Part shown: positions 26,032 to 37,500 of the stretch, in pieces
How positions within the stretch are numbered: position 1 is the stretch's first letter
Layout: each line of letters starts with the position of its first letter
Virus record (IMG/VR): IMGVR_UViG_3300027762_000008
Location: 6,792-70,791 of that record
Strand: one strand, 5' to 3'
DNA length: 64,000 nucleotides
DNA from: a virus
Notes under the pieces: generated by a model
Databases searched by the model: none
Seen by the model: only the letters and a program-made list of their open reading frames with translations
Told to the model about the DNA's origin: nothing
Translations under genes and position numbers: made by a program

Positions 26032-27129
26032 ATGGCTAAAGACACCTTCAATCCTGATTATCTCGGCATTGTGGACGAAACTGACCCAGCTCTTTTCGAT
26101 ATTGAAGAATATCTGAAAGCCATGAAGTCTGGCGGCGTTAAAGGCAGACAGGACGAAGAACCAATCGCAGTGGAAGAGATGCTCAAGGCATTGGGCAGTC
26201 TCGAGAAAGAACAAAAGAGAATAAAAGGACAAAGATGGTATGACCCAGAAGGAGAATCCCCAGCAGAGAAAGAGTTTAAATACGCCGACATCCCTACCAC
26301 TTTCGATGATTCTGAGCCTCGGGGAGAATATCGAGCTCCTCCCGGAGATATTCCGTCCTATGACGAAGAAGGCGCTTCAATCGATGAACTCCTTGAAGAA
26401 TTCTCTCCGACAAAAGAAGAAAAAACTGGTCCGCTCCGCAAAATTCGTGAAGATGACCTTCCTCCTGAGCCTTCAGCTAAAGTGTCTGAGGTTGCAGTGG
26501 CTAAAACACCCTTCCAAAAGAAACAGGGTGGAGCGAAAACTGTTGGAAAAACTGATTCTGTTGCTAAGAAAACTGTAGAACTCAGCGGAGATGTCTTCGG
26601 AGAGAAGAAGCCTGAGAAAACTCAGACCAAAAAAGACGAAGATCCGCTTACGGGACTGAATGTTCCATGGGAAATGATGAGAGAAGAGGGAGCGGAAGAG
26701 GAAGAACTTCCTTGGCTGCTCGGTTCTCTCGCCACAGGCCCTGTCATGGGGCTTGGAAAAGCTGCAGCGAAAGGAATCGCTGGCAAGCTGGGAAGTAAAG
26801 CCGTAAAACCTGCTGTAGAGAAACTCGGAAGTGACCTCGCCGGACCTGCTGTCGAGGAAACCACTTCCGCATTACCAAGACTGGTGGAGAAAATGGCAAG
26901 AAGTAAAGTGAAAGAGGACGTAAAACCCGCGATGCAGTACACCCGGGACGTTGGAAACAAGTTCCGTGAGTACGCTAAGAAGGAAGGATTCACTCCGCAG
27001 CGGAAACTCCCTTCAAGTCTCGCTGGCCGCATGAAGGCTAACCCTGAAATCGACAGACTCCTTCGCATGGTGCGTGAAGGAAAGCTTCCTGCTGAGAAAG
27101 CCCGACAGCTTATCAACCAAATGGAGTAA
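26032..27129 (+). CDS. charged low-complexity protein, possible internal virion protein
   Basis: 365 aa, E/K/P-rich, with a Gly/Ala-rich segment; GGAGG RBS. Confidence 0.65.
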   Translation: MAKDTFNPDYLGIVDETDPALFDIEEYLKAMKSGGVKGRQDEEPIAVEEMLKALGSLEKEQKRIKGQRWYDPEGESPAEKEFKYADIPTTFDDSEPRGEYRAPPGDIPSYDEEGASIDELLEEFSPTKEEKTGPLRKIREDDLPPEPSAKVSEVAVAKTPFQKKQGGAKTVGKTDSVAKKTVELSGDVFGEKKPEKTQTKKDEDPLTGLNVPWEMMREEGAEEEELPWLLGSLATGPVMGLGKAAAKGIAGKLGSKAVKPAVEKLGSDLAGPAVEETTSALPRLVEKMARSKVKEDVKPAMQYTRDVGNKFREYAKKEGFTPQRKLPSSLAGRMKANPEIDRLLRMVREGKLPAEKARQLINQME

Positions 27130-27132
27130 TCC

Positions 27133-28404
27133 ATGGACACCAAAGAACTCGAGGCGATTGTCCGAGACAGATTGCTTGAATATCAAACAGATCCTATCGA
27201 CAGCACCTACATTCTTCGGTGTCTTAACGAAGCCTATCGCTTTGCGTACAACCATTTCGTAAAAAGCAACGATACCCACTTTGGAGAGATCTACGAACTG
27301 CAGATTATCGCTGGACAGTCTGAATATACTCTCCCGGAGAACCTCTGGACGAAGAGAATTGAGCATTTTCAGATTCCTTCTCCTCCAAATGAGTCGCAAC
27401 AGCCCTGGGGCTGGGTGAAAATACCTAAACACGACTGGAAACAGACGTATCGGTACCAGACCAACAGAATCCGCACGTATTACCCCAATGTGTGGAGCCA
27501 GATGAACAACAAGATCTACGTCTATCCACCTTCGCTGGTGAGCTTCACGGCGAAGATGGTTATCAGCCGCAGAATCGCACCTCTGGGGACGTATTGTGGA
27601 CGGATTACGAATCTTGAGAGCAACGTAATCACTCTGGACGAGCTAGCGGACAGCCGGTTGACCACCTACGCTTCTGATCCGACCATGGCGTTTATCAGCG
27701 TGTCGGATCACACGACAGGAGAGCTCAAGGCTCTGTATCCGTACAACTCCGTGAACTCCACAACCAAAAAAATCACCTTGGCTTCAGCTCCGTATGGACG
27801 GAAATACGCAGCCTATGTGATTCAGGATCTCACCTGGGTAGCGGCAACGGCTGGGACAGGCGGACAGGCTATCTCGGTGCAGTACACCGACACGGGAGGC
27901 GGCGGCTTGGCTGTCTCGGCCTCAGGAAATGCCATCACAGTCAATTTTGGCGGTGCTACTCCCACGGCCAACCAAGTGCGTGCCGCAGCCATTGCCGTAC
28001 CTGCTGTCGTCGCTCTGGCCTCTCCTGTGGTCACAGGAACCGGAACCACAGTGCAGACCCAGCCAGTCTCCGCTGTCTACCTCGTAGGCGGTACTGGGCA
28101 CTTCATGGAGTGGGACATCTCAGACCTTCCTGGAACCCAGTGGGGCTCCATCGAGCTCGACGACATCGTTTGCTTTGGCGTGGCCACCGGAGTCTCCATC
28201 TTCGGGGAAGCCTTCGACACCTTCCTGACAGACTGGGCTACCCAGAAAGTCAGAGGAGCCCTTAACGAGACAGATCCTGAAGTGGTAAACTCACTGAAGC
28301 TCCAGCTTCAAGAGCTCGCAGGTGACCTCGGAGGAAGGGTTACCGGAATTCGAATCAATCGCTCCACGATGAACCAATGGGGAGCAAGACCTTTCAGGAG
28401 ATAA
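27133..28404 (+). CDS. head-tail adaptor (tail tubular protein A-like)
   Basis: N-terminal helices ending LRCLNEAY, then GQSEYTLPE and IYVYPP, the usual adaptor pattern; position before the nozzle gene. Confidence 0.75.
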   Translation: MDTKELEAIVRDRLLEYQTDPIDSTYILRCLNEAYRFAYNHFVKSNDTHFGEIYELQIIAGQSEYTLPENLWTKRIEHFQIPSPPNESQQPWGWVKIPKHDWKQTYRYQTNRIRTYYPNVWSQMNNKIYVYPPSLVSFTAKMVISRRIAPLGTYCGRITNLESNVITLDELADSRLTTYASDPTMAFISVSDHTTGELKALYPYNSVNSTTKKITLASAPYGRKYAAYVIQDLTWVAATAGTGGQAISVQYTDTGGGGLAVSASGNAITVNFGGATPTANQVRAAAIAVPAVVALASPVVTGTGTTVQTQPVSAVYLVGGTGHFMEWDISDLPGTQWGSIELDDIVCFGVATGVSIFGEAFDTFLTDWATQKVRGALNETDPEVVNSLKLQLQELAGDLGGRVTGIRINRSTMNQWGARPFRR

Positions 28405-28408
28405 TCCA

Positions 28409-31400
28409 ATGTCGATAAGACCAGATCCCGCGACACTTGTTCCAATCAACAGTTATCGAGGGGTAGATGGATCTGTGTCTCCATTACGTTTGGCTGATGG
28501 ATTTTGCCAAGAGATGGAGAATGCGGACATCAGCACTGCAGGGGTTATCAAGAAGCGGGGCGGATATGTTACTTGCGGAGGAAGATTTCCAGTAAACGGC
28601 ATGCCGGTTACTCCAGGATCTCCTACTTATTACTCATTGTATCGAAAAGAATATCCAATAGGTAAGATACCATATTTGACTCGAGCGTATCCTCTGTCAT
28701 GGTCTGGAGGGCTCCAAGAAATTGTAAAAAATATTGGATACATAGATCTTCCCACGAATTTTGGTGATTACTACTTTTTTGCTGAATTTTGGGCGGATGC
28801 CGAGTACCCAGTAACCGAAAATACAATTTTCGTGCATGGAGCGGCCTCAGAAAGTGTTTGTCGTTTTGCTCCGATAAAAATATACGGGAATAAATATGCC
28901 ATGTTTAGCCGCAATGTGTGGCAAGCATGGAGCGGATTTAATCTTGCCCCAGCCATTACTTGGGCTGCATTCTTGGGATCTCCGTATCAGGATTTTGATA
29001 CCGGCACGTACAAGACAATAGGCACCCAAGGATTTGTTTGGCCTATGTTCCCTATCGATTTGATCGCTCAAATAGAGAGACTTAGTGCTACTAGCGCAAA
29101 AATATACACCTCACTCCCTCTCCCCAAGTACACCCCCATTCGCCTACTTGGTGGTGTGGCTGGAATGATAACAGACGCGATTGGACCACGGCATTACCCT
29201 ATAGAAAACTGTTGTTACGTTTCGGATACGGATAATCGGACGTATTTTACCATAACTGAAATGTCTGGATTGAGCGCGGCACGTTTAGACACCCGTCCAG
29301 ATTCTACTTTTTTGTTTAGGTATGCTTTACATAAGAAAGTTGATTCTACGATAGATGGCACACCTTTGGTAGACACCTATATCCTAAACTCAGACAATTC
29401 TATAGCTACCCGGACAGCGTATTTGCCCTGGGGTGTGTCCACCTTTGAGTATGGAACTGGAGTGGATATTGGAGATGTCCAAACAGTAGAGGCGTTCACA
29501 AACTTGGCTGAAGGTCAGCAAAACATTGCTGCTTTGGTGAACGGACGAGTCTTCAAAGGCCCATCCGAATATGAATTTCTTACCGCACTACGTGTGGATC
29601 AACCTCCTGCATTTACTACATATGGGACAGTATCTGCAGTAAATGGAATATTCACGGTGCCATACCCCTCTGCCTCTACTTATTATCGAGTAGGGGATGT
29701 TGTCGAGATAAAGAAAATAGATCTTTTGGGGGAGGCTACTTCGATTACGCAATTAGATGTGGCTGGAACGACCGGATCGGAATTGCTGCTGTCATCGGAT
29801 GGACTTACTTCTCTTTCATATGAATATGGGGAAGTATGGAATTTTACTCGTGAGGATACGCTTATTCCCGGAGCCACGATCGTGACTAATTCTCCCTACG
29901 GAGTGGTTTCTCCGTATGATCCTGTTCATGGGGATACCATATTCTTTGGGGGGCTGGGGTCTGGGTATTCCGCGCATGAGCTCTGGTATACGAATGAATT
30001 GGTGGCAGAGACTCAGTATAGGCTAGTCTTCAAGAATTCCGTAGTATTCTCCTCTTCTGAATTGGTGTATGTGCAGAAAAGGTGGGGAGAGGTTGTTTTC
30101 CCGGTCGAAGCAAATCCCATGCTTCCGTCAGTTGGTTCTCCTGATTTCTCCACCATCACCTCAAATGGCATATCTGCGCGCCCCTCCACAAGTGAAATAG
30201 TCTCCAGTGTTTCGTACTCAGGCTCTTCATTTTTCTCCACAAAAGATGACGGTGTCGTGGTGTTCAATGGAACAGAGGTATACTCACTTAGGCTAGAAAG
30301 ACCCCAAGTAGAAACCATACGTTCTCTTCCAGGAACTAAAGGTAGATTTCCAATTAGAGTAGGAAGTAACGGGGAAAAAATAGGAAAACAAATAGAAGCG
30401 TTATTTGTATATTCATACTATGACTCCAACAACAGATTGATGGAATCCGAACCATCGTCAGCGAGTGAAGGGATTTTTTCTCCGAATGCTGCAAGAGATG
30501 GCAGTGATTATTCCGAATTGGCGGAATATCGAATTTCTCCTCCCCCCACTCTGTGTGGGCTGGAGACTAGCAGATTAACGATAGATGTTTACGTTAGAGT
30601 AGTAGATCCAACTACTTCTTCTGATTTAGACTATGTTCTGTATCGAAGAGTATCTGCAATCATGGGTTCTGCTACTTCGATTATTTTGGGGGACATATCC
30701 CCTGAATATCTATCTGGGAATAAACTTATCTATACCCTCTCTGAGGGTAAGTCACACCTGTCCTCCCCTCTGGCTAAGTTCTTAGTTTCAGCAGCCGGAA
30801 GACTGGTCGCTCTGAATTGCAGGTCTAAAGACTATTGGAAACTAAAGATACTAAAAGTATTTAATTCAGATAATACTTTTGGCGCGTATACTTCATTTCA
30901 CTGGCCGTGTAGAGACAGATACGCTGGAGGTGGTGCCTTTGATCCGGTATTCTACACTTTTCCTTTGGGGGTAGTCGAAGTCAATCCCGGAGGAGGATTA
31001 CCTAAAACCTTTCGTCCAGCTAAAGATAAGACGGAAATCACAGGATACCCGGATTCACTATATCCTGAGTTTACTACTTATTCTTTAGATTACACCAATC
31101 TTTGGAACGGAACTACTGGATGCTCAGTAAATGGGGATACGTTGGCCACGTCCCCCCGAGTGAAACTCAAACTTACGTATGGGGACGTTTCAGATCGTTT
31201 CAATGTAACCACCACTGTGACTACTGATCAGTCTGTGAAATTCCGATTCGCTGGCAGTGCCACCCCAACGGGTTTGCCAATAGATTTCCTCGGAGACACT
31301 TTCAAATCACTTACTAGTCCCCCAGCTAGTCCGACCACCCTTCGTGGTTCTACTCGATGGACGGATGCCTCTCTGGACTCCACCGGCATTCCAATAGCTC

Positions 31401-34036
31401 TTCGTGACACTACGGCTTTGGAGTTCCCAGAAGCATATGTTTCTGGAGGAAGTTGGACAGACGCACTTTCGAAAAGAGTATTGCAGTCTCAGGTGGACAA
31501 TGCCGACTATGGAATCGTTATCTCCACGGAAGCTGGAGAAACCAAGATCTATTACTATTACGACGCCACAATTGCCGCCCCGGTTGCTCCGGCACAGCCA
31601 AACAGTTACTGCATTATCAATGGCCCCAGCACCCTCGGAAATATCCGAAAAGCCGGAACTACAAAAATACTGTCGTTCGACTCCGATTTGACCTTCATTA
31701 CTGAAGCGGTAATAACGGGAACTGTGTCCGTAGGCACTCGCACGTACAAATCCATTCGTCTGTTTCCCATTACCTTCACTCTTGATGCTACCGGAGCATA
31801 TGCGGCCCAGAAGTATGAAGTAGTCGCAGATGAAATCATGGATCTTGGAGCGTTTTCTTACTCCATGACGATCTATGAAAGAGCAGCGCTCACTTCTCCC
31901 GTGACGTTTTCAGGATTCACGCTACCATCTACTACCCTGACCGTTTACCATACCACCCTACGCATAGATACTTTGTTTGCTGTAGATGACTATGCCATAG
32001 TTGAGTTGTCCGACGGGGATCAGAAGCGAATACCTCAGGGATTTCCAAAACTGATGCCTGGGGCTTTTAGAGTCAAATCTGTTGGAAATACTGGAGGAGG
32101 AAGCCCCTACTATATCACTATAGATGTGCCGTATTCCCCTGAATTTCGATCCGCTACCACTGCGACAACCTCCATTGAACTGGATGAGTATAGTTACATC
32201 GTCAACGCCAAAAAAATAATTTATTTGACTTCTGGAAACATAAGGGTATACGTCGGTACCGGAGCCCAACCCTATCAGAGCTTGACTCGGTCACTCACCG
32301 TGGGTAATGCCGCTCAAGCCTATGCGTCTTTTCTGCTGCTGCGGGGAGCGGATTTCACTTCTGCAGATGTCGGACTATCTGGCTATTACTGGAGAGTCGG
32401 TGGAGATTCTTCAGGATACGCCACCCTTCGAACCAATCTTACCGCTATTGATTATTCTAAAATTACCGGGATTAGATACTCCAGTTTCACAAATGTATCT
32501 ACGTCTTCCACCTATGGAATTCCTGTTCCCTGCCCTATTTCTCTGGGATTGGCTGACTCTCTGTTGGACCTCGCACTACCTATATTTTCCAAAACCCCAT
32601 TATTGGTAGATGTGGGGCTAGTTCAGGTAGGGAAAAGAATCACTGGAGCAATAAATTCCCTATATAACCATTTCTTCTATGCATATAATGATAGTTATCC
32701 GGCGGGATTGATGGAGGCAGAGCCGAATGAAATTATAATTTCTGCCAATACTTCAGTATTAAACTATATTACAGACATATATACTGGATACAGCCAATAT
32801 AACCCATTTCGATGGACTCAGTATGATTTCTGGTATTCCGCGGCGTTTGTTTCATTGGCCACGGATGCGTTTTATCAGTCAACTCAATTTGTAAATGACG
32901 GCACTGGCACTTACAAAACACGAAAAGTTATATTCGGCAAGCATCATACTAGCTCCTCTACATCTGGAACCTCGATTCTGGATAATTATCCCAATAGAAT
33001 TCAGTGGACTGATGCTCGTTCGGAAACGGTAATCTCTCCCAATATCCCTATGTTCGGAGAAGGAAATTACTACGACTTAGACACTCAGGATGACTCCGAA
33101 ATTCTCGGGGCTTCCTCATTCCAGAATACTTTGATTGTCCAAAAGAAGAATTCTCTCTGGCGCGGAACTTTCGACAACTACGGCGATTTGACTTTTCAGC
33201 GTATACAGTCTCCTGTGGGAGGATACGGCCACAATAACATGCCATCTACCTTGTCCTATATGTACTTCATCAATCCTGAGGGAGTCTATTACACCGACGG
33301 CAATGCTGTGGAACCTGTCCTCAAGCTTAACAAGCTGTTTGAAGACCGGGTGAATAAGAGTCAGTACCTCCTGTCTCGCACAGCCGGATTTGCGGACCAA
33401 AAGAACAAGCAGCTCTATGTTGGAACCCCATACGTCAGTAACTATATCACCGACACGGCGGATATTGATGGGCAGTTTAACTACTGCTACAACGATGGCG
33501 TCATGGGATGGCAGGTGAATAAAGGATTCGACGCCTACAAGTGGACTTCCATCAACGGAGAGTACTATTTCGCATCGAGCAGAGGACGAGTCTATCGCCT
33601 GCGCTCCGAGCCATTCCTGAGCCGGTATCGTGACGGAGAAGAAGCCGTCCCATTCGCCATGCTGACTCGGTATCTCACGGCAGACGAGGGAGTGAACTTC
33701 AAGTTCTGGCGCAATGTGTTGTTCCAGTTCGGAACCACCAGCGACTTCACCATGAACGTTAGCTACCAGATAGACTTCAAGAGCACCACGTATCCACTAG
33801 AGACGTACCCAATCACTGGGGCCGAAACCGTGGCGGGAGCCAAATGGTACGGAAATGACCGGGTAATGAAAGCCATTCGAGAAACGTTTGGTCAAAGGGT
33901 GGCCCAAGTGTCCTTCCTCTTCACCGAGGCGACGATAGACACGGACTGTCCTATTTATTCCGTACAGGTGCAGGGAATGCTGACAAATACCAGACTCGTA
34001 CCTCAGAAGAACACTAGAGCAGGAGGCGATCGATGA
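28409..34036 (+). CDS. tail nozzle/tubular protein B-like protein (P22 gp10/T7 gp12 position), very large
   Basis: N-terminal MENADISTAGVIKKRGG; C-terminal beta-propeller segments (PNRIQWTD, LIVQKKNSLW, YFINPEGVYYTDG) and a FKFWRNV beta-sandwich. Confidence 0.8.
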   Translation: MSIRPDPATLVPINSYRGVDGSVSPLRLADGFCQEMENADISTAGVIKKRGGYVTCGGRFPVNGMPVTPGSPTYYSLYRKEYPIGKIPYLTRAYPLSWSGGLQEIVKNIGYIDLPTNFGDYYFFAEFWADAEYPVTENTIFVHGAASESVCRFAPIKIYGNKYAMFSRNVWQAWSGFNLAPAITWAAFLGSPYQDFDTGTYKTIGTQGFVWPMFPIDLIAQIERLSATSAKIYTSLPLPKYTPIRLLGGVAGMITDAIGPRHYPIENCCYVSDTDNRTYFTITEMSGLSAARLDTRPDSTFLFRYALHKKVDSTIDGTPLVDTYILNSDNSIATRTAYLPWGVSTFEYGTGVDIGDVQTVEAFTNLAEGQQNIAALVNGRVFKGPSEYEFLTALRVDQPPAFTTYGTVSAVNGIFTVPYPSASTYYRVGDVVEIKKIDLLGEATSITQLDVAGTTGSELLLSSDGLTSLSYEYGEVWNFTREDTLIPGATIVTNSPYGVVSPYDPVHGDTIFFGGLGSGYSAHELWYTNELVAETQYRLVFKNSVVFSSSELVYVQKRWGEVVFPVEANPMLPSVGSPDFSTITSNGISARPSTSEIVSSVSYSGSSFFSTKDDGVVVFNGTEVYSLRLERPQVETIRSLPGTKGRFPIRVGSNGEKIGKQIEALFVYSYYDSNNRLMESEPSSASEGIFSPNAARDGSDYSELAEYRISPPPTLCGLETSRLTIDVYVRVVDPTTSSDLDYVLYRRVSAIMGSATSIILGDISPEYLSGNKLIYTLSEGKSHLSSPLAKFLVSAAGRLVALNCRSKDYWKLKILKVFNSDNTFGAYTSFHWPCRDRYAGGGAFDPVFYTFPLGVVEVNPGGGLPKTFRPAKDKTEITGYPDSLYPEFTTYSLDYTNLWNGTTGCSVNGDTLATSPRVKLKLTYGDVSDRFNVTTTVTTDQSVKFRFAGSATPTGLPIDFLGDTFKSLTSPPASPTTLRGSTRWTDASLDSTGIPIALRDTTALEFPEAYVSGGSWTDALSKRVLQSQVDNADYGIVISTEAGETKIYYYYDATIAAPVAPAQPNSYCIINGPSTLGNIRKAGTTKILSFDSDLTFITEAVITGTVSVGTRTYKSIRLFPITFTLDATGAYAAQKYEVVADEIMDLGAFSYSMTIYERAALTSPVTFSGFTLPSTTLTVYHTTLRIDTLFAVDDYAIVELSDGDQKRIPQGFPKLMPGAFRVKSVGNTGGGSPYYITIDVPYSPEFRSATTATTSIELDEYSYIVNAKKIIYLTSGNIRVYVGTGAQPYQSLTRSLTVGNAAQAYASFLLLRGADFTSADVGLSGYYWRVGGDSSGYATLRTNLTAIDYSKITGIRYSSFTNVSTSSTYGIPVPCPISLGLADSLLDLALPIFSKTPLLVDVGLVQVGKRITGAINSLYNHFFYAYNDSYPAGLMEAEPNEIIISANTSVLNYITDIYTGYSQYNPFRWTQYDFWYSAAFVSLATDAFYQSTQFVNDGTGTYKTRKVIFGKHHTSSSTSGTSILDNYPNRIQWTDARSETVISPNIPMFGEGNYYDLDTQDDSEILGASSFQNTLIVQKKNSLWRGTFDNYGDLTFQRIQSPVGGYGHNNMPSTLSYMYFINPEGVYYTDGNAVEPVLKLNKLFEDRVNKSQYLLSRTAGFADQKNKQLYVGTPYVSNYITDTADIDGQFNYCYNDGVMGWQVNKGFDAYKWTSINGEYYFASSRGRVYRLRSEPFLSRYRDGEEAVPFAMLTRYLTADEGVNFKFWRNVLFQFGTTSDFTMNVSYQIDFKSTTYPLETYPITGAETVAGAKWYGNDRVMKAIRETFGQRVAQVSFLFTEATIDTDCPIYSVQVQGMLTNTRLVPQKNTRAGGDR

Positions 34037-34548
34037 AATTCGAGGCACAACTATTCAAACCCAATGGTGAGCCACCTGAACTGGCCAGATTCTTCCAGCA
34101 CTACAACCTAGTCTGCAAGTATCTTATTGATTTTAATGCTAATCCCCTGAAACTTGGGGCGGACGTGGCACTGCCTGTCCAGCAAGTGACATTGATCCAC
34201 AATCAGCCCTCCCAGGTAAACCACCGACAAGGTACTCGGAAAAACGTAGTTTTCTGCGGTAGGGTAGAAATGTTCAACATCTCGGCCTCCACCCAGGATA
34301 AAATCACGGTGGTGCCTAAACTATTGACTACTTCACTGGCGACCGAACCGACTGGACGTTTAACCCAGAAAATTTACGTGAAAGATCCGGCACTTTTTCA
34401 AGTGGGGGACAAAGTACTCCTTGGATCCAACTTCAGAACCATCGAAAATATCACAGGTAATGAGTTCACGTTGGATGAAAACTTCATGTATGCTAATATC
34501 TGGGTAGTGTCTCTGGCTCTTGAGACTGTCACCGCGCTCATCTTCTGA
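34033..34548 (+). CDS. tail-associated hypothetical protein
   Basis: ATGA overlap with the nozzle gene; AGGAGG RBS. Confidence 0.65.
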   Translation: MKFEAQLFKPNGEPPELARFFQHYNLVCKYLIDFNANPLKLGADVALPVQQVTLIHNQPSQVNHRQGTRKNVVFCGRVEMFNISASTQDKITVVPKLLTTSLATEPTGRLTQKIYVKDPALFQVGDKVLLGSNFRTIENITGNEFTLDENFMYANIWVVSLALETVTALIF

Positions 34549-34555
34549 GGTAAAC

Positions 34556-37500
34556 ATGGGACTAAGAACTCCTTCGGCATGGCTGCCGCAAGATACTCGA
34601 ACCCAAATGGCCCAAGGCAATATCTCTGGGCTCACGCCAAAGCAGGAGGATATGTCCTTTGCTCGTAGCCCTTTGGCGTCGCAGCAGCAGAATGAGGTCA
34701 AGCCCAAGGAAGAAAAAGGAACCACTGCCGGGGAACGGGCGCAGACAGAACAAGAAGGTCGACAGGAACAACAAACCCAAACCTCGCAGCAAGCTCGACA
34801 GCAGCAGCAGGCTTCTCCCGTAAGTATGGCGGTGGAGAACGTAGCAAGTAAACTGTCCAACTTCTCTTACACCCTGCGTGGATATGTGAACCAATTCCTC
34901 CAGGGAGGTGCGTCAGCTGTTGGGCTGGGGCAAGCCAAAGAGCAGTACAAATATGACCCGGACTCAAAAAAATACGTGCTGTCCATTTCCGAACAGCAAG
35001 CAGACATCGAACCTGTTCTCCAAGAAAAGATGCGCCAGCAGGAGAAACTTAAACAGAGTTTAAGTCCCTTCGCTCAGCAGGTCGGAGAGAAGCTCGTAGG
35101 AAAACAGTTTGGGCAAGTCCTGGAAGAGCAGTTCGGAGAAGACCCACAGATCTCCTCTCTCCTTCAGACGGTGACCGCTCTTCAAGATTTAGAAGCACGA
35201 GGACTTTCAGGTTCCCCGGAAGCAAAAGCTCTCGAAGCGCAGATCCGAGAACAGGATCAGTTCGGAATGGTTTCAAGTCTCCGAGAGGCGATGCAGTCGT
35301 ACAACAAACTCATGGGAGTCGATCCCGCCGGAGAAGAAACCAAGTGGTATGGGGATCAAGCCGACACAGGATACTCCGCACTGGACATCGCCCAGTTGAG
35401 TTCGGATACTCTCCGCACGGAGATTGAAAAAGCCCGAGAGTTCAGCTCCGGATTATTCGGAGGAGACTTCGAAGAGAACCTCAAGAAGAAATATGACACG
35501 GAATCCGCAGAAGGACAGGCGGCAGCGAGGAGAAAAGAGGCGGTACACTCCGAACTCATGTCCGGATTCCAGAGCTATATGGATGAAGCGGCGGGAGGAT
35601 TTCAGTCCGCTAGAGACACCATTGACACCGCATTCAAAGGAGCGGCTGAAGCAGTAAAAGCAGAGCTTGCATTGGACGACAGTGCGGGTGGTGTTGCCGC
35701 TATGAAATGGTTTGAGAGCTTCCAGGAGGGGGGAGATTTTACCTCCATCCTGTATAACGCCATGAACGATCCCAACAGCGGACTTGGGGTAGAACAGCGA
35801 CAGGCCATAGCAGACTACATTGGTAAGGCCGGGAGTGGCTCCAAAGAAGGCCAGCTGTATACTTGGATTAACTCTCTGGGCACCACGGGAAAGATTCCGA
35901 TTAACATCCAAGGAGAAGACGGATTCGAGAAAACTCAGTTCGTCGAGCCCTCGGTCGAAGATAAGCTGCAGATCAATGCTCTCATGAAAGATAAAACTCT
36001 GTCTCCGGAAGAGAAGACGGAGAAGATGCACGAACTGATCCGAGGCATCGGAGTGGATACTGCGACCAGCATTGGGTCCACGATAGACACAGCCATGGAA
36101 ACTGCAAATCGCACGGGTAGCTTGGCTGCGGGTGTGGTGGCTCTGAACCGTGGAATCGTAGAGAGTCTTAAGACATTCGCCCAGAGTAAGACGGAAGACT
36201 TTGTCCGCCAGTCGCTGCAGATAGACGACAAAACATGGAATGCATTGGACGCCGACGCCAAATCTAGCCTTATTTCCCGTACGCTCACCAACATGACTCC
36301 AGAACAGAAGGAGCAGTTGGTAAGTATTTTTCACGAGAAACAGAATCAGGAAATAACCAAAAAAGACACCTATATCAATCAGTGGAGATCGTCGCTGAAG
36401 GGAAGACTCGCGGAGATTGATGGAGATCCGGAGAAAGGCATTCCCGGAGTTCTGGCGAACGTACAGCAGCAGATTGACGATTTAGGTGCGCAGAAGAACG
36501 GAATCTACACCAAGTTCGCCAGCAAAGTGCAAGACGTTCTGCGCCGAGATGTGTCCCGATTTAACGCCATCTTTCAGCAGGTGGGGAATAACCCTTGGAT
36601 ACAGGCAAACGTCCCAGGCCCAGAAAGAGCTAAGCTGGCAGAATTGATTGAATGGCAGGAGAAACTCAGCCGACTGAATTCTATGGATCCGTTGTTGGTG
36701 TCTAGACTTACTGGAGGAGCTTACTCTCAGATAGACCCGGTAGATTTAGCTGTCTCCGGAGCCAAGAGCAAAGATTTCACCGCAATGAATAGGCTCTACG
36801 ACGCATACACCAAATCCGTAAATGCTCCAGGTACCTTGGACAAAATGCCTTCTGTGATTACGGATCACATCAATAATCTCTATTCCCAATACAAGTCCGA
36901 TCCAAACGGCATTCCCCCCGGGATGCTTACAGTTATGAACGTACTTGGGGAATACGAGAACACCGACGGGGTTCTCCGGCAGAACCTGCAGCAGGTGCAG
37001 GAAGCTCGAGACAAGATCACAAATCCTGAAACTGGGTATCTTGCGCAGGTCGACGAACTCAGCAAGTCAGCTGACTTCCCCTCTTTCACTCCGGATCAGA
37101 TCCTCGGATTCAGTATGGGTGTGGCGAAGGGAGTGGAAACCGGGGTCGACTGGATTACCGGAGACAAACAACCCCCCTCTATCAAGGATATTGATTGGGG
37201 CAAGCTTGGTGGAGAGATTGAGGACATCATCACCAATTGGGCGGGATACGGTCCGGATGCAATCAAAGATGCTCTCGCGGACAAACTCGGATTCCCGGCG
37301 GATTCAATCTCACTCAAAGGCGGTGTTCCCCATATTCAGATGTCTAATGGAGAGTATATCCCGTTCTCTGATGCGCTTATTACGAAGCTCAGCTCAGCAA
37401 CAACAGAAAATCTCACTCCGATGGTTGCAGCATTGCCTGGAGAATACGCGGGGCCTGACATCGCAGCTCGTGGGGATATGCTTACTGGGGCCATGGCGAA

